45,590 nucleotides of DNA from a virus. Made by a program: the position numbers and the translations under genes. Below the pieces are notes generated by a model, which did no database searches, had not been told where the DNA came from, and saw only the letters and a program-made list of their open reading frames with translations. This document shows positions 16,088 to 22,961 of this stretch, piece after piece. The stretch covers positions 1 through 45,590 of IMG/VR virus record IMGVR_UViG_3300031228_000012, one strand, 5' to 3'. How positions within the stretch are numbered: the stretch's first letter is position 1; each line of letters begins with the position of its first letter.

Positions 16088-16296
16088 CCCTTTCCCTCCT
16101 TCTGTAGGGCCAAAAGCTCAAGCGCTAATACCATCCCGCCAAGGATGTAGCTCTTGGCGCGGGCGTTGGTCCATGCCTCTAGCTGTAGCTCCCGAATCTG
16201 GTTGATAACGTGTCGTTCCGGGGACCCGATCGGCCACAACGGGCGTAGGTGCTCCGCGTTGGTGGTCACGGTCGACGGCAGCTCGGCGCTCATCAA
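16084..16296 (-). CDS. Hypothetical protein (70 aa)
   Basis: Track ORF, 4-nt overlap chain. Confidence 0.6.
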   Translation of the reverse strand: MMSAELPSTVTTNAEHLRPLWPIGSPERHVINQIRELQLEAWTNARAKSYILGGMVLALELLALQKEGKG

Positions 16297-16493
16297 GCCT
16301 CCCTTTGGAGGAGTTGCATCCGAACCTCATTGATCGCCTGCCACAGGGCTGCGTTAACTTCCTCGTTCGTCGCCTTCGGCGGCCAGAACACACGGAGATC
16401 GACCGTGACCCAAGGCATAAACCGGTTGGGGTGCTCGCCGCCGTCTGCCGGATGTGCTACGGACGCATAGGCGCTCGATCGTTGGGACATCAT
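16293..16493 (-). CDS. Hypothetical protein (66 aa)
   Basis: Track ORF, 4-nt overlap chain. Confidence 0.6.
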   Translation of the reverse strand: MMSQRSSAYASVAHPADGGEHPNRFMPWVTVDLRVFWPPKATNEEVNAALWQAINEVRMQLLQREA

Positions 16494-16645
16494 GCCTCCT
16501 TGTAGTGCTGCTCGGCGGCGAGTGAACGCCGCAGGTGTCGAAGCTCCAACAGCGCCAGGTCAAGGTCGGCCTGTTGCGTCATCCTCGGGAGTCTCCCGGC
16601 GAAGTCTTTGACGTACTCGATCAGCTCGTCCAGTTCCTCGATCAT
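16490..16645 (-). CDS. Small hypothetical protein (51 aa)
   Basis: ATG after CAAAGGAGAAGGC. ATGA overlap downstream. Confidence 0.45.
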   Translation of the reverse strand: MIEELDELIEYVKDFAGRLPRMTQQADLDLALLELRHLRRSLAAEQHYKEA

Positions 16646-16652
16646 GCCTTCT

Positions 16653-16684
16653 CCTTTGTCTAGTCACGTCGTGCGGATTAAAGG
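16653..16684 (-). promoter_or_regulatory. Junction unit CCTTTG-N20-TAAAGG
   Basis: + strand cctttgtctagtcacgtcgtgcggattaaagg, abutting stop codon 16685-87. Confidence 0.55.
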
Positions 16685-17488
16685 TCACGCAGAAAACGCG
16701 CAGGCGGTTGCCACAGGGCACCGCCGGCACACGTCAGGGTCCGGCTTCGGCTCCCAGTTCTCGGCCCTGATACCTTCATCAGCCGCGTGGAACCGGTCCA
16801 CTACCTCGGACCTGGTCATCTCTGTCAGGTCGTACGGGTGCTTGGTCGGCTTGCCGGTCTTGCCCATCCAGTAGTCGCCAACGTGTACAGGAACCTTGTA
16901 CGTCTCCTCGATCATGACCGCGTACGTCTTGAGCTGGAACGTCTCGCCAGGGCTAGCACCGGTCTTGACGTCCCGGACGCGCAGCTCCCCGTCATCGCCC
17001 GTCGTGATGACCTGGTCGATGAACCCTTTCACCCGGACTCCGTCGAGGTCGACGTCCAGCCCCAGCTCGATGGCTGGGGTACCATCCGGCGTGATCCAGA
17101 TAGCCTCGTGCGAAGCCTTCTCGGCGTAGGCGATGTACCGGTCGACCATCTCCAAGCCGATCCCGTACCGCCGCTCCACGTCTGCCTCGCCCCGATACTT
17201 ACCCGAGCTGAACCAGAAGTTGAAGTTCGGTGTGTCGGCACACAGCGCGTTGATGCCTTTCGCATACTCCTCGCGGAACACGTCGTGCGCCTGCTCCCGT
17301 GTCATGGTCCGGCCGGACTTCTCCCAAGCCTCTATAGCTGCGTGGTCCGCCTTACCGTGGTCCAGCCATGCGGCTGGCCGCTCCCAAGCCTTTACGATGC
17401 GTGCTAGGTAGTAAGAATGGGGACATTGCTCCCACTGTTTCACCTGCGAAACGCTCCGGTGTTCAGGCGGGGACTGGTTGTCTGACAT
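16685..17488 (-). CDS. Cas4/RecB-like PD-(D/E)XK exonuclease
   Basis: N-terminal QCPHSYY Cys plus C-terminal CRRCPVATAC (4-Cys cluster). GFIDQV..D.K nuclease core. RBS GGAGAGGAGGAAG. Confidence 0.85.
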   Translation of the reverse strand: MSDNQSPPEHRSVSQVKQWEQCPHSYYLARIVKAWERPAAWLDHGKADHAAIEAWEKSGRTMTREQAHDVFREEYAKGINALCADTPNFNFWFSSGKYRGEADVERRYGIGLEMVDRYIAYAEKASHEAIWITPDGTPAIELGLDVDLDGVRVKGFIDQVITTGDDGELRVRDVKTGASPGETFQLKTYAVMIEETYKVPVHVGDYWMGKTGKPTKHPYDLTEMTRSEVVDRFHAADEGIRAENWEPKPDPDVCRRCPVATACAFSA

Positions 17489-17804
17489 CTTCCTCCTCTC
17501 CCTTCCTCATAGCTGGGGCAACTGCCGCACGGCAGTCATGGGCGATGTACCCCCCAGGGCACACGTCCCATAGCTTATACGTCCCGCAGCACGCGGCACC
17601 ACCGAACATCCGGTCATCTTCTGTCACTCTTGTCAAGCCTTCTGAAGAACAGCCCGCTTCGATAAGAACGCGCACGGGACTCATCAGCGTGTCTGTATAG
17701 CGCACAGCGGTGCTCCGGTATACCCGGAGCAGCCGCGCACCCTCGGTCACGAACAGGCTGGCGAACAGGAAGGTCTCACTAACGGCGACCTGGAACTCGG
17801 TCAC
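17463..17804 (-). CDS. Hypothetical Cys-containing protein (113 aa)
   Basis: Track ORF. GTG start. Confidence 0.5.
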   Translation of the reverse strand: MTEFQVAVSETFLFASLFVTEGARLLRVYRSTAVRYTDTLMSPVRVLIEAGCSSEGLTRVTEDDRMFGGAACCGTYKLWDVCPGGYIAHDCRAAVAPAMRKGEEEDVRQPVPA

Positions 17805-17819
17805 GACAACCCCTATACG

Positions 17820-18467
17820 TTAGGGCAGCTTCTTAGGCCGCCGGAAAATGATGTGCGCTTCGTCCGACATCTTGGCCAGCCGGTTAACCCGGATAATCAA
17901 GTCGTCGTCTCTTTCCTCGCGCGGGACATAACGCCACCCGCCGTGCGACTGGGTGGGAGTGGGTTGAACACTCGGGTCGTATTCCAGCACCACGCCAAGG
18001 CTTTCTAATTTGCCGTACCAGGTACGTAGCTTGTGGATCTCCGCATCGGATAGCCGACCACTGCCCAGGGCAACGTACTTGACGTGCTCGCGCAGCCTGT
18101 GGTACCCGCTTGAAATCTTGTGATCGGGCGACACCTCCCACGGGATGTGCTCCATGGCCTCCTGGCGAGGGTCCTTGTACGGCTCCCCACCGTGCTTCTC
18201 GTTCAGGTGCCAGTTCACCGCTTGCGGAGTCACGCCGTATTCCAGCGCGATTTCCGTGCGCGTGAAGCCTTTGTTTAGTAGCCGTATGATCTCTTCTCTG
18301 GATAGCCCAGTGTTCATGTACAGTGCTCCCTGTCTCAGCCACGTGCCCGCTTTACCTCCGGCCTTGTGCGGAGTAAAGGGTACCAGGTTCGGTGGCTGGG
18401 CTGGAGTGGTCCGAACTAGCGAAACCTCTACGCGGGGTTGGCGCGGGGTTGGTTCCCGGGCCTTCAC
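17820..18467 (-). CDS. HTH DNA-binding protein, candidate immunity repressor/early regulator (start uncertain, GTG 18467 or ATG 18317)
   Basis: LSREEIIRLLNKGFTRTEIALEYGVTPQAVNWHL. It is preceded by a repeat-rich untranslated region of about 270 bp. Confidence 0.75.
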   Translation of the reverse strand: MKAREPTPRQPRVEVSLVRTTPAQPPNLVPFTPHKAGGKAGTWLRQGALYMNTGLSREEIIRLLNKGFTRTEIALEYGVTPQAVNWHLNEKHGGEPYKDPRQEAMEHIPWEVSPDHKISSGYHRLREHVKYVALGSGRLSDAEIHKLRTWYGKLESLGVVLEYDPSVQPTPTQSHGGWRYVPREERDDDLIIRVNRLAKMSDEAHIIFRRPKKLP

Positions 18468-18470
18468 CTG

Positions 18471-18485
18471 CCGTCTGTCTAAAGG
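18471..18485 (-). promoter_or_regulatory. Distal-box-like motif directly upstream of the HTH gene start (partial unit)
   Basis: + strand ccgtctgtctaaagg. Confidence 0.35.
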
Positions 18486-18733
18486 TTACGCACGCTCAGG
18501 GGACTAATCTACGTGGTGAACACCACGGCAGAACCCGCGTCATGCGGGCTCCGATCGTGCGTCTCCCCTCTCTCGCCCCTTGAAGGGAGAGACGCCGAGT
18601 GCACGCTAGGGGACTGAACCCCAGGCCCGGTCCTCGCCGGCCGGTCGCGCACTCCATCACACTAGGCTTTGGTATCAAGCCTCTTACTCTCGGGTCAAGC
18701 CTTGAAAAGCTCCGGTAACTCGAACGTGCGTGC

Positions 18734-18850
18734 TTAGTCCTCGCGGTCTCTGTGCTTACGCTTGCGCGTGTACCGCGCCTTGTTCTGGTGCGGCTGTGCC
18801 GCGTTACTGCGTCTAAGCTCTTGGACCTGGCGCACCTTTACGGGTGTCAT
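18734..18850 (-). CDS. Possible small basic protein (38 aa)
   Basis: ATG after AGAGAGG. C-terminus KARYTRKRKHRDRED. Confidence 0.35.
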   Translation of the reverse strand: MTPVKVRQVQELRRSNAAQPHQNKARYTRKRKHRDRED

Positions 18851-18865
18851 GCGGCCGTACCTCTC

Positions 18866-19057
18866 TTAGTAATACGACCCAGCGACGTTGTGAAGCCCTC
18901 CGCTAGGACACTCCAGTGATAGCCTGCCGTGCACCCACCATGTCTCCCAGTTGATACGTGGTGCGTACGTCTCGTTACGCCACGTTTCAGGGTCAACCGC
19001 TCTAACAGTGCGCGCGCATTTCAAGCACTTAGTTCGAATACCCGGCTTCACTTTCAT
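18866..19057 (-). CDS. Hypothetical protein (63 aa), CxxC...ECP
   Basis: Track ORF. Confidence 0.55.
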   Translation of the reverse strand: MKVKPGIRTKCLKCARTVRAVDPETWRNETYAPRINWETWWVHGRLSLECPSGGLHNVAGSYY

Positions 19058-19067
19058 CCTCCCTCTG

Positions 19068-19226
19068 CTACGCAGCAGCCGATACGTCCCTTATGTCAGC
19101 CTCCCGCACGGGCACGACGCGGACAAGCGTCAACCCTTGGAAGATGCGTACCTCTATCGTGTCCGGCGCTGTGCGGACGGTCTCCACGAACACGTCACCG
19201 TGCTGGTGGAAGTCGCGCTCAGCCAT
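19068..19226 (-). CDS. Small hypothetical protein (52 aa)
   Basis: Internal ATG in an ATGGCTGA overlap with the upstream ORF. Confidence 0.45.
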   Translation of the reverse strand: MAERDFHQHGDVFVETVRTAPDTIEVRIFQGLTLVRVVPVREADIRDVSAAA

Positions 19227-19386
19227 CCTCGCGCTCCCACTGGTAGAGCTCAAAGATCTCGACCTCGCTAAACGAGGCCATCTCAATCAAGGCGTCGCGC
19301 TTTTGCTCAGCGGAGTCGCGCGTGCGGTAGTAGTACCCGCCGACCGAACAACCGTCCGATAGCACCACGTAGATTGGTTCAGCCAT
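19219..19386 (-). CDS. Small hypothetical protein (55 aa)
   Basis: Below the track cutoff. It fills the gap between 19226 and 19392. Confidence 0.45.
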   Translation of the reverse strand: MAEPIYVVLSDGCSVGGYYYRTRDSAEQKRDALIEMASFSEVEIFELYQWEREDG

Positions 19387-19391
19387 GTCTT

Positions 19392-19601
19392 TTACCTACC
19401 CTTCCCGTACGGCAGTGGGATTATGTGCTGCTCAACCGGCAGTTCAGCAGTATAGGGATTCTCGATATAGCGGATGGCCGCATAGAATCCATCGCAGAAC
19501 GCGGTATCCACGGGCGACTTCGCCCGCTCACGTTCAAGCCTTTCCCTCATCATCTGTAGAATCGTGCGACCAGCACAGCTAAAGCTCTTACCCTCAGCCA
19601 T
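19392..19601 (-). CDS. Hypothetical protein (69 aa)
   Basis: Internal ATG in an ATGGCTGA overlap with 19594..19779. Confidence 0.5.
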   Translation of the reverse strand: MAEGKSFSCAGRTILQMMRERLERERAKSPVDTAFCDGFYAAIRYIENPYTAELPVEQHIIPLPYGKGR

Positions 19602-19779
19602 GGTTCTTAGCCACCTGCTGTTCACGGAAGTATGCGAACCTGGCCGCGAACCAATTGACTAACACCTCGTCCGCGCCCATCCGCTTAAGCGCATCTGCGG
19701 TGTCCCACGGGTCACCGAAAACATCTTCGGTGATGTCTACAAAGTCGGAGTAGGCGCCCTTTTCATCGGTGCTGTTCAT
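19594..19779 (-). CDS. Hypothetical protein (61 aa)
   Basis: Track ORF. Confidence 0.55.
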   Translation of the reverse strand: MNSTDEKGAYSDFVDITEDVFGDPWDTADALKRMGADEVLVNWFAARFAYFREQQVAKNHG

Positions 19780-19781
19780 CG

Positions 19782-19919
19782 TTAAACCTTCCTATCAATA
19801 CGCGCAACCGCGCGGGAGAATTGTTCCGCCTGCTCACGGAGAACAGCGGCCGTGAATTCAACCGCAACAGCGGCAGCGCCGAATAGGTGCTCGGCCAGAA
19901 TGGTGGCGGTACGCATCAT
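19782..19919 (-). CDS. Small hypothetical protein (45 aa)
   Basis: ATGA overlap with 19916..20299. Confidence 0.4.
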   Translation of the reverse strand: MMRTATILAEHLFGAAAVAVEFTAAVLREQAEQFSRAVARIDRKV

Positions 19920-20299
19920 CGATCCGCGTCCGTAATAGCTTCTAGCGCCAACTCAGCCGCAACGACACGGGCGTATGGGTCGCCGAACGGTGCCCCGTCG
20001 CGGCCAAAGTCGACACCGCCCAGTGACGCAATGGAGTACCCGTCACTGTCGTATGCGATAACTCCCCACAACTCCCATGGGCTCGGGTCGTCGCTAAACG
20101 ATGATGAGTCGCTGTCAGGGTCAATGGCCCAGTCGAATGTGACTCCGGTAGCGCGTGCCCACCGTTCGGCGTCCGCCAACAGCAGAGCGCCGCGCAATGC
20201 GCCAACACCCTCTGTCTCCAGGTCCGGCCGGTAACTCCGCGCGGCATTCTCCTGAAAGAACACAACATCAGCCATCGTGACTAGTGCGTTCATTGCCAT
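19916..20299 (-). CDS. Acidic hypothetical protein (127 aa)
   Basis: Track ORF. AGAGAGG RBS. D/E/S-rich centre (DPDSDSSSFSDDPSPWELW). Confidence 0.65.
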   Translation of the reverse strand: MAMNALVTMADVVFFQENAARSYRPDLETEGVGALRGALLLADAERWARATGVTFDWAIDPDSDSSSFSDDPSPWELWGVIAYDSDGYSIASLGGVDFGRDGAPFGDPYARVVAAELALEAITDADR

Positions 20300-20308
20300 A
20301 CCTCTCTT

Positions 20309-20440
20309 TCAACCAACGATGATTATGGGAGGGGAGCCGAGCCATGTGAGAATGACCGGTGCCAGGTAGATATAGACCATGGGCGATATCATCGTGACCA
20401 TGGCAATGGCGTAGAGTCGCCTAGCCCACCATTTAGACAT
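20309..20440 (-). CDS. Small hydrophobic membrane protein (43 aa)
   Basis: ATG after GGGGAGTGGGGG. MSKWWARRLYAIAMVTMISPMVYIYLAPVILTWLG. Confidence 0.45.
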   Translation of the reverse strand: MSKWWARRLYAIAMVTMISPMVYIYLAPVILTWLGSPPIIIVG

Positions 20441-20466
20441 TGCCCCCACTCCCCATTACTTTGGGT

Positions 20467-20522
20467 CCGTTAATGCATGGCCAAGCACGCGCCTAAGCGC
20501 GTGCCTGACTAAGCGCTAACGG
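20467..20522 (-). repeat. Structured intergenic element, copy A
   Basis: Outer stem ccgtta/taacgg. Inner stem gcacgcgc-ctaa-gcgcgtgc. Shared CATGGC and GACTAA boxes. Confidence 0.65.
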
Positions 20523-20528
20523 GATGTG

Positions 20529-20687
20529 TCAGTAACGAGCACGCTCGCGATCAGCGGCGTACGACTCAGCTTCCCCAACCGACTGGAATAGAATCATGTT
20601 GCCGTTGGCGTCATAACAGAACGTCGCGGTGGCTACGTTCCATACGTAGATACGGTCGAAGGACACGCGCGCCTGGAACCACTGCAT
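20529..20687 (-). CDS. Small hypothetical protein (52 aa)
   Basis: ATG after TAGGGAGTGACA. Confidence 0.45.
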   Translation of the reverse strand: MQWFQARVSFDRIYVWNVATATFCYDANGNMILFQSVGEAESYAADRERARY

Positions 20688-20696
20688 TGTCACTCC

Positions 20697-21059
20697 CTAG
20701 AGGTAGTCGCGGTCGTTGTCGAATTCGATCGGGTCGGTACCCGCGTCCACATTCTTTGCCAGCCGTTCGGCATGGCGGTGCGCGCCGGAGCGTGAGGAGT
20801 AACGCTCAAAACCGGTACTGGTCACGGACACGGAACCATCACCGTTGTCACGGACGAATCGCACTGTGTAGAGACGCGGGTAATTCCCCAGAGCATCACG
20901 CTCACTGGTGACAAAGAATCTGCCACCGTAAAGCGACTCGCTCACGCGTGACCGAAAGAACCGCATGGTGTCCGCACTGAAGTAGTGGGGGTTACCGTGC
21001 CGCGTGACAAAGCGCTTAAGCGCGTCGATATCCTCGAACTTTGGGTATGAGTAGGTCAT
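20697..21059 (-). CDS. Hypothetical protein, tandem paralog 1 (120 aa)
   Basis: Starts MTYSYPKFEDIDAL. It shares the 5' leader TGGGAGACAGAAACA-ATG and alignable sequence over the full length with 21156..21521. Confidence 0.7.
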   Translation of the reverse strand: MTYSYPKFEDIDALKRFVTRHGNPHYFSADTMRFFRSRVSESLYGGRFFVTSERDALGNYPRLYTVRFVRDNGDGSVSVTSTGFERYSSRSGAHRHAERLAKNVDAGTDPIEFDNDRDYL

Positions 21060-21155
21060 TGTTTCTGTCTCCCATCTAGTTGCCCCTGTACGGGCGGACA
21101 ATGCCTAGCCGGTACCGAGTACCGGCGAGACACAATCAGTCCATTAGCGGTGATC

Positions 21156-21521
21156 TCAGAGCCATTCGGCGTCCGTGTCGTACTCGAACGGGTCGGTACC
21201 CGCGTCGACGTTCGCAGCTAGCCACTGGGCGCGCCGATGTGCGGCACTGCGCGATGTGAACCACTCGCGGTGAGCATCGGTAACATCTACGTGCCCACTG
21301 CCGTCGTTGACCCGCACAAAGCGCACTGTGTACGTGCGCGGGTGATCGCCCAGGATGCCGTTCCGTTCGCTAGTCACGAAGAACCGACCGCCGTAGAGAA
21401 CGTCACTAATGCGGGAACTAAAGAACCGCAACGTGGCCGCGTCGAAAAAGTGGTTACCGTGTCCCATGACAAAGCTACGTAGCGCGTCGATATCACGGAA
21501 CTGTGGGTATGAGTACGTCAT
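21156..21521 (-). CDS. Hypothetical protein, tandem paralog 2 (121 aa)
   Basis: Starts MTYSYPQFRDIDAL. Shares YGGRFFVTSER, YTVRFVR, NVDAGTDP with paralog 1. Confidence 0.7.
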   Translation of the reverse strand: MTYSYPQFRDIDALRSFVMGHGNHFFDAATLRFFSSRISDVLYGGRFFVTSERNGILGDHPRTYTVRFVRVNDGSGHVDVTDAHREWFTSRSAAHRRAQWLAANVDAGTDPFEYDTDAEWL

Positions 21522-21559
21522 TGTTTCTGTCTCCCAGCTAGTGATTCGGCTAAGCATCT

Positions 21560-21673
21560 TCAGCGGCTAACGGTGACGATTCGGCCATCCGCGTATCGGA
21601 GCAGCCATCCCTTTTCAGTGCGCGTGACTGTCACGACGTCGCCGTGCCGGTCGCGGTATGTGCCTTCACTCAT
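21560..21673 (-). CDS. Possible small protein (37 aa)
   Basis: ATG after GGGGAGATAAAGCT. Confidence 0.35.
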   Translation of the reverse strand: MSEGTYRDRHGDVVTVTRTEKGWLLRYADGRIVTVSR

Positions 21674-21675
21674 AG

Positions 21676-21706
21676 CTTTATCTCCCCACAGTATGTGATT
21701 TAAAGG
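21676..21706 (-). promoter_or_regulatory. Junction unit CTTTA-N20-TAAAGG
   Basis: + strand ctttatctccccacagtatgtgatttaaagg. Confidence 0.5.
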
Positions 21707-21762
21707 CCGCTAAAGCATGGCCGAGCACGCGCTATCACGCGTGCTCGACTAAACCCCAACGG
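21707..21762 (-). repeat. Structured intergenic element, copy B
   Basis: Inner stem gagcacgcg-ctatca-cgcgtgctc. The outer stem pairs fully only in the - sense RNA (one G-U pair). It abuts stop codon 21763-65. Confidence 0.65.
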
Positions 21763-22338
21763 TCACTCGTCCATCGGCGTGCCGTCTTGCCACTCGTCAT
21801 CATGAAACCGCTGAGCGCCAGTCCAGAATCCAGCGCGGTAGTCATCGCTGTCTGGCGACTGGTCACGAGACGGGCGGATGTCTCCTCCGTAAGCGTTCGC
21901 GTAGTTAGCAGCGCCCCACCCGTGGTCCACACCGCGTGCGAACAGTTCCGAGCTTTCGTCAAAGTCACCAAGCGGGACACCGGCGTCGGCCGTAGGGTGC
22001 CATGCCTCCTCAGTCCAACCCGTCGTGCCGTAGAACTTACGCTTGAAGTGAATGGCGTAGGTCCAGACAGTGCCCGTAGCAAAGTCCTGGCATTCGTCAA
22101 CGCCGTAGAACGTGCCGTCGCCGTTGTCTTCTGCGTGGCTATCTACTATGTCGCGCACGCGCTCCCACAATTCGGGGTCCTGCTCACTCATATTGAGCAG
22201 CGGCTCAACGTCGTTACGTGACTCGAATAGCGTAGTGCGCGACCAACTAGGGTCAATCCACCCGTGCCGTTCTGTGTAATCGTCCTCGCCGTGGTGGTCC
22301 ACTGCATCAGCAGTCATGAAAGCAAAGATATTTCCCAT
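21763..22338 (-). CDS. Highly acidic, Trp-rich hypothetical protein (191 aa)
   Basis: Track ORF. AGGGAGCGAACA RBS. By my count about a quarter of residues are D/E, with 9 Trp. Confidence 0.7.
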   Translation of the reverse strand: MGNIFAFMTADAVDHHGEDDYTERHGWIDPSWSRTTLFESRNDVEPLLNMSEQDPELWERVRDIVDSHAEDNGDGTFYGVDECQDFATGTVWTYAIHFKRKFYGTTGWTEEAWHPTADAGVPLGDFDESSELFARGVDHGWGAANYANAYGGDIRPSRDQSPDSDDYRAGFWTGAQRFHDDEWQDGTPMDE

Positions 22339-22369
22339 TGTTCGCTCCCTAATCTCTAAGACCCAAAGG

Positions 22370-22427
22370 CCATTAGGCCATGGCTAGCCACGTGCTGTTG
22401 AGCACGTGACCGACCAAAGCGCAATGG
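22370..22427 (-). repeat. Structured intergenic element, copy C
   Basis: Outer stem ccatt/aatgg. Inner stem cacgtgct-gttg-agcacgtg. It abuts stop codon 22428-30. Confidence 0.65.
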
Positions 22428-22763
22428 TCAGGAAGTCGTGGCGTAGCCGTCGCGGCAGAGCAACAGCGACGTGTCGGCAACGAGGTAGCGGCATCCCTTG
22501 TGAGTGACGCCGAACTCAGTCACCGTACCAACCCACTTGACCCGCTTGGACGGCACGAACTTCGCGTGCCCGTCCTCTATCCGGAACTTGCCACCTGCCG
22601 TGGCAACCCACCGGACATCGGTGTCGGTAGCGTGCGAACGGTGGGCGACGTCTAGTGCCTCATGCCCCGTCTTCTGCGGCTGCGGCTCCGAAGCGGTGAC
22701 CACGCCACCGAGTGCGAGCATGGCGGAAAGGCCGATAACGGTGGTGGTGAGTATCCTGCGCAT
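22428..22763 (-). CDS. Secreted hypothetical protein (111 aa) with N-terminal signal peptide
   Basis: Internal ATG after AAGGGAGAAG. MRRILTTTVIGLSAMLALGGVVTASEP. Confidence 0.65.
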   Translation of the reverse strand: MRRILTTTVIGLSAMLALGGVVTASEPQPQKTGHEALDVAHRSHATDTDVRWVATAGGKFRIEDGHAKFVPSKRVKWVGTVTEFGVTHKGCRYLVADTSLLLCRDGYATTS

Positions 22764-22841
22764 GGTGCTTCTCCCTTTATTTTCTTGTGACGCGATACTG
22801 ACACCGCGTGCCCGCTGCCGAAGCAACGGACCACGGAGTCA

Positions 22842-22961
22842 CTACCGTGTGGTAGCGGCGATTGAGTAGTAGTCGATCAGGCCGGCGATACGGTCAACGT
22901 CGACCGTCATGGCTAGTGAGTAGGTGTCGATCAGTTCGATGATGCGTTCGATGTCAAGCAT
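22842..22961 (-). CDS. Small hypothetical protein (39 aa), first ORF of the leftward arm
   Basis: ATG after CCAGGAGGGCACC. Confidence 0.4.
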   Translation of the reverse strand: MLDIERIIELIDTYSLAMTVDVDRIAGLIDYYSIAATTR

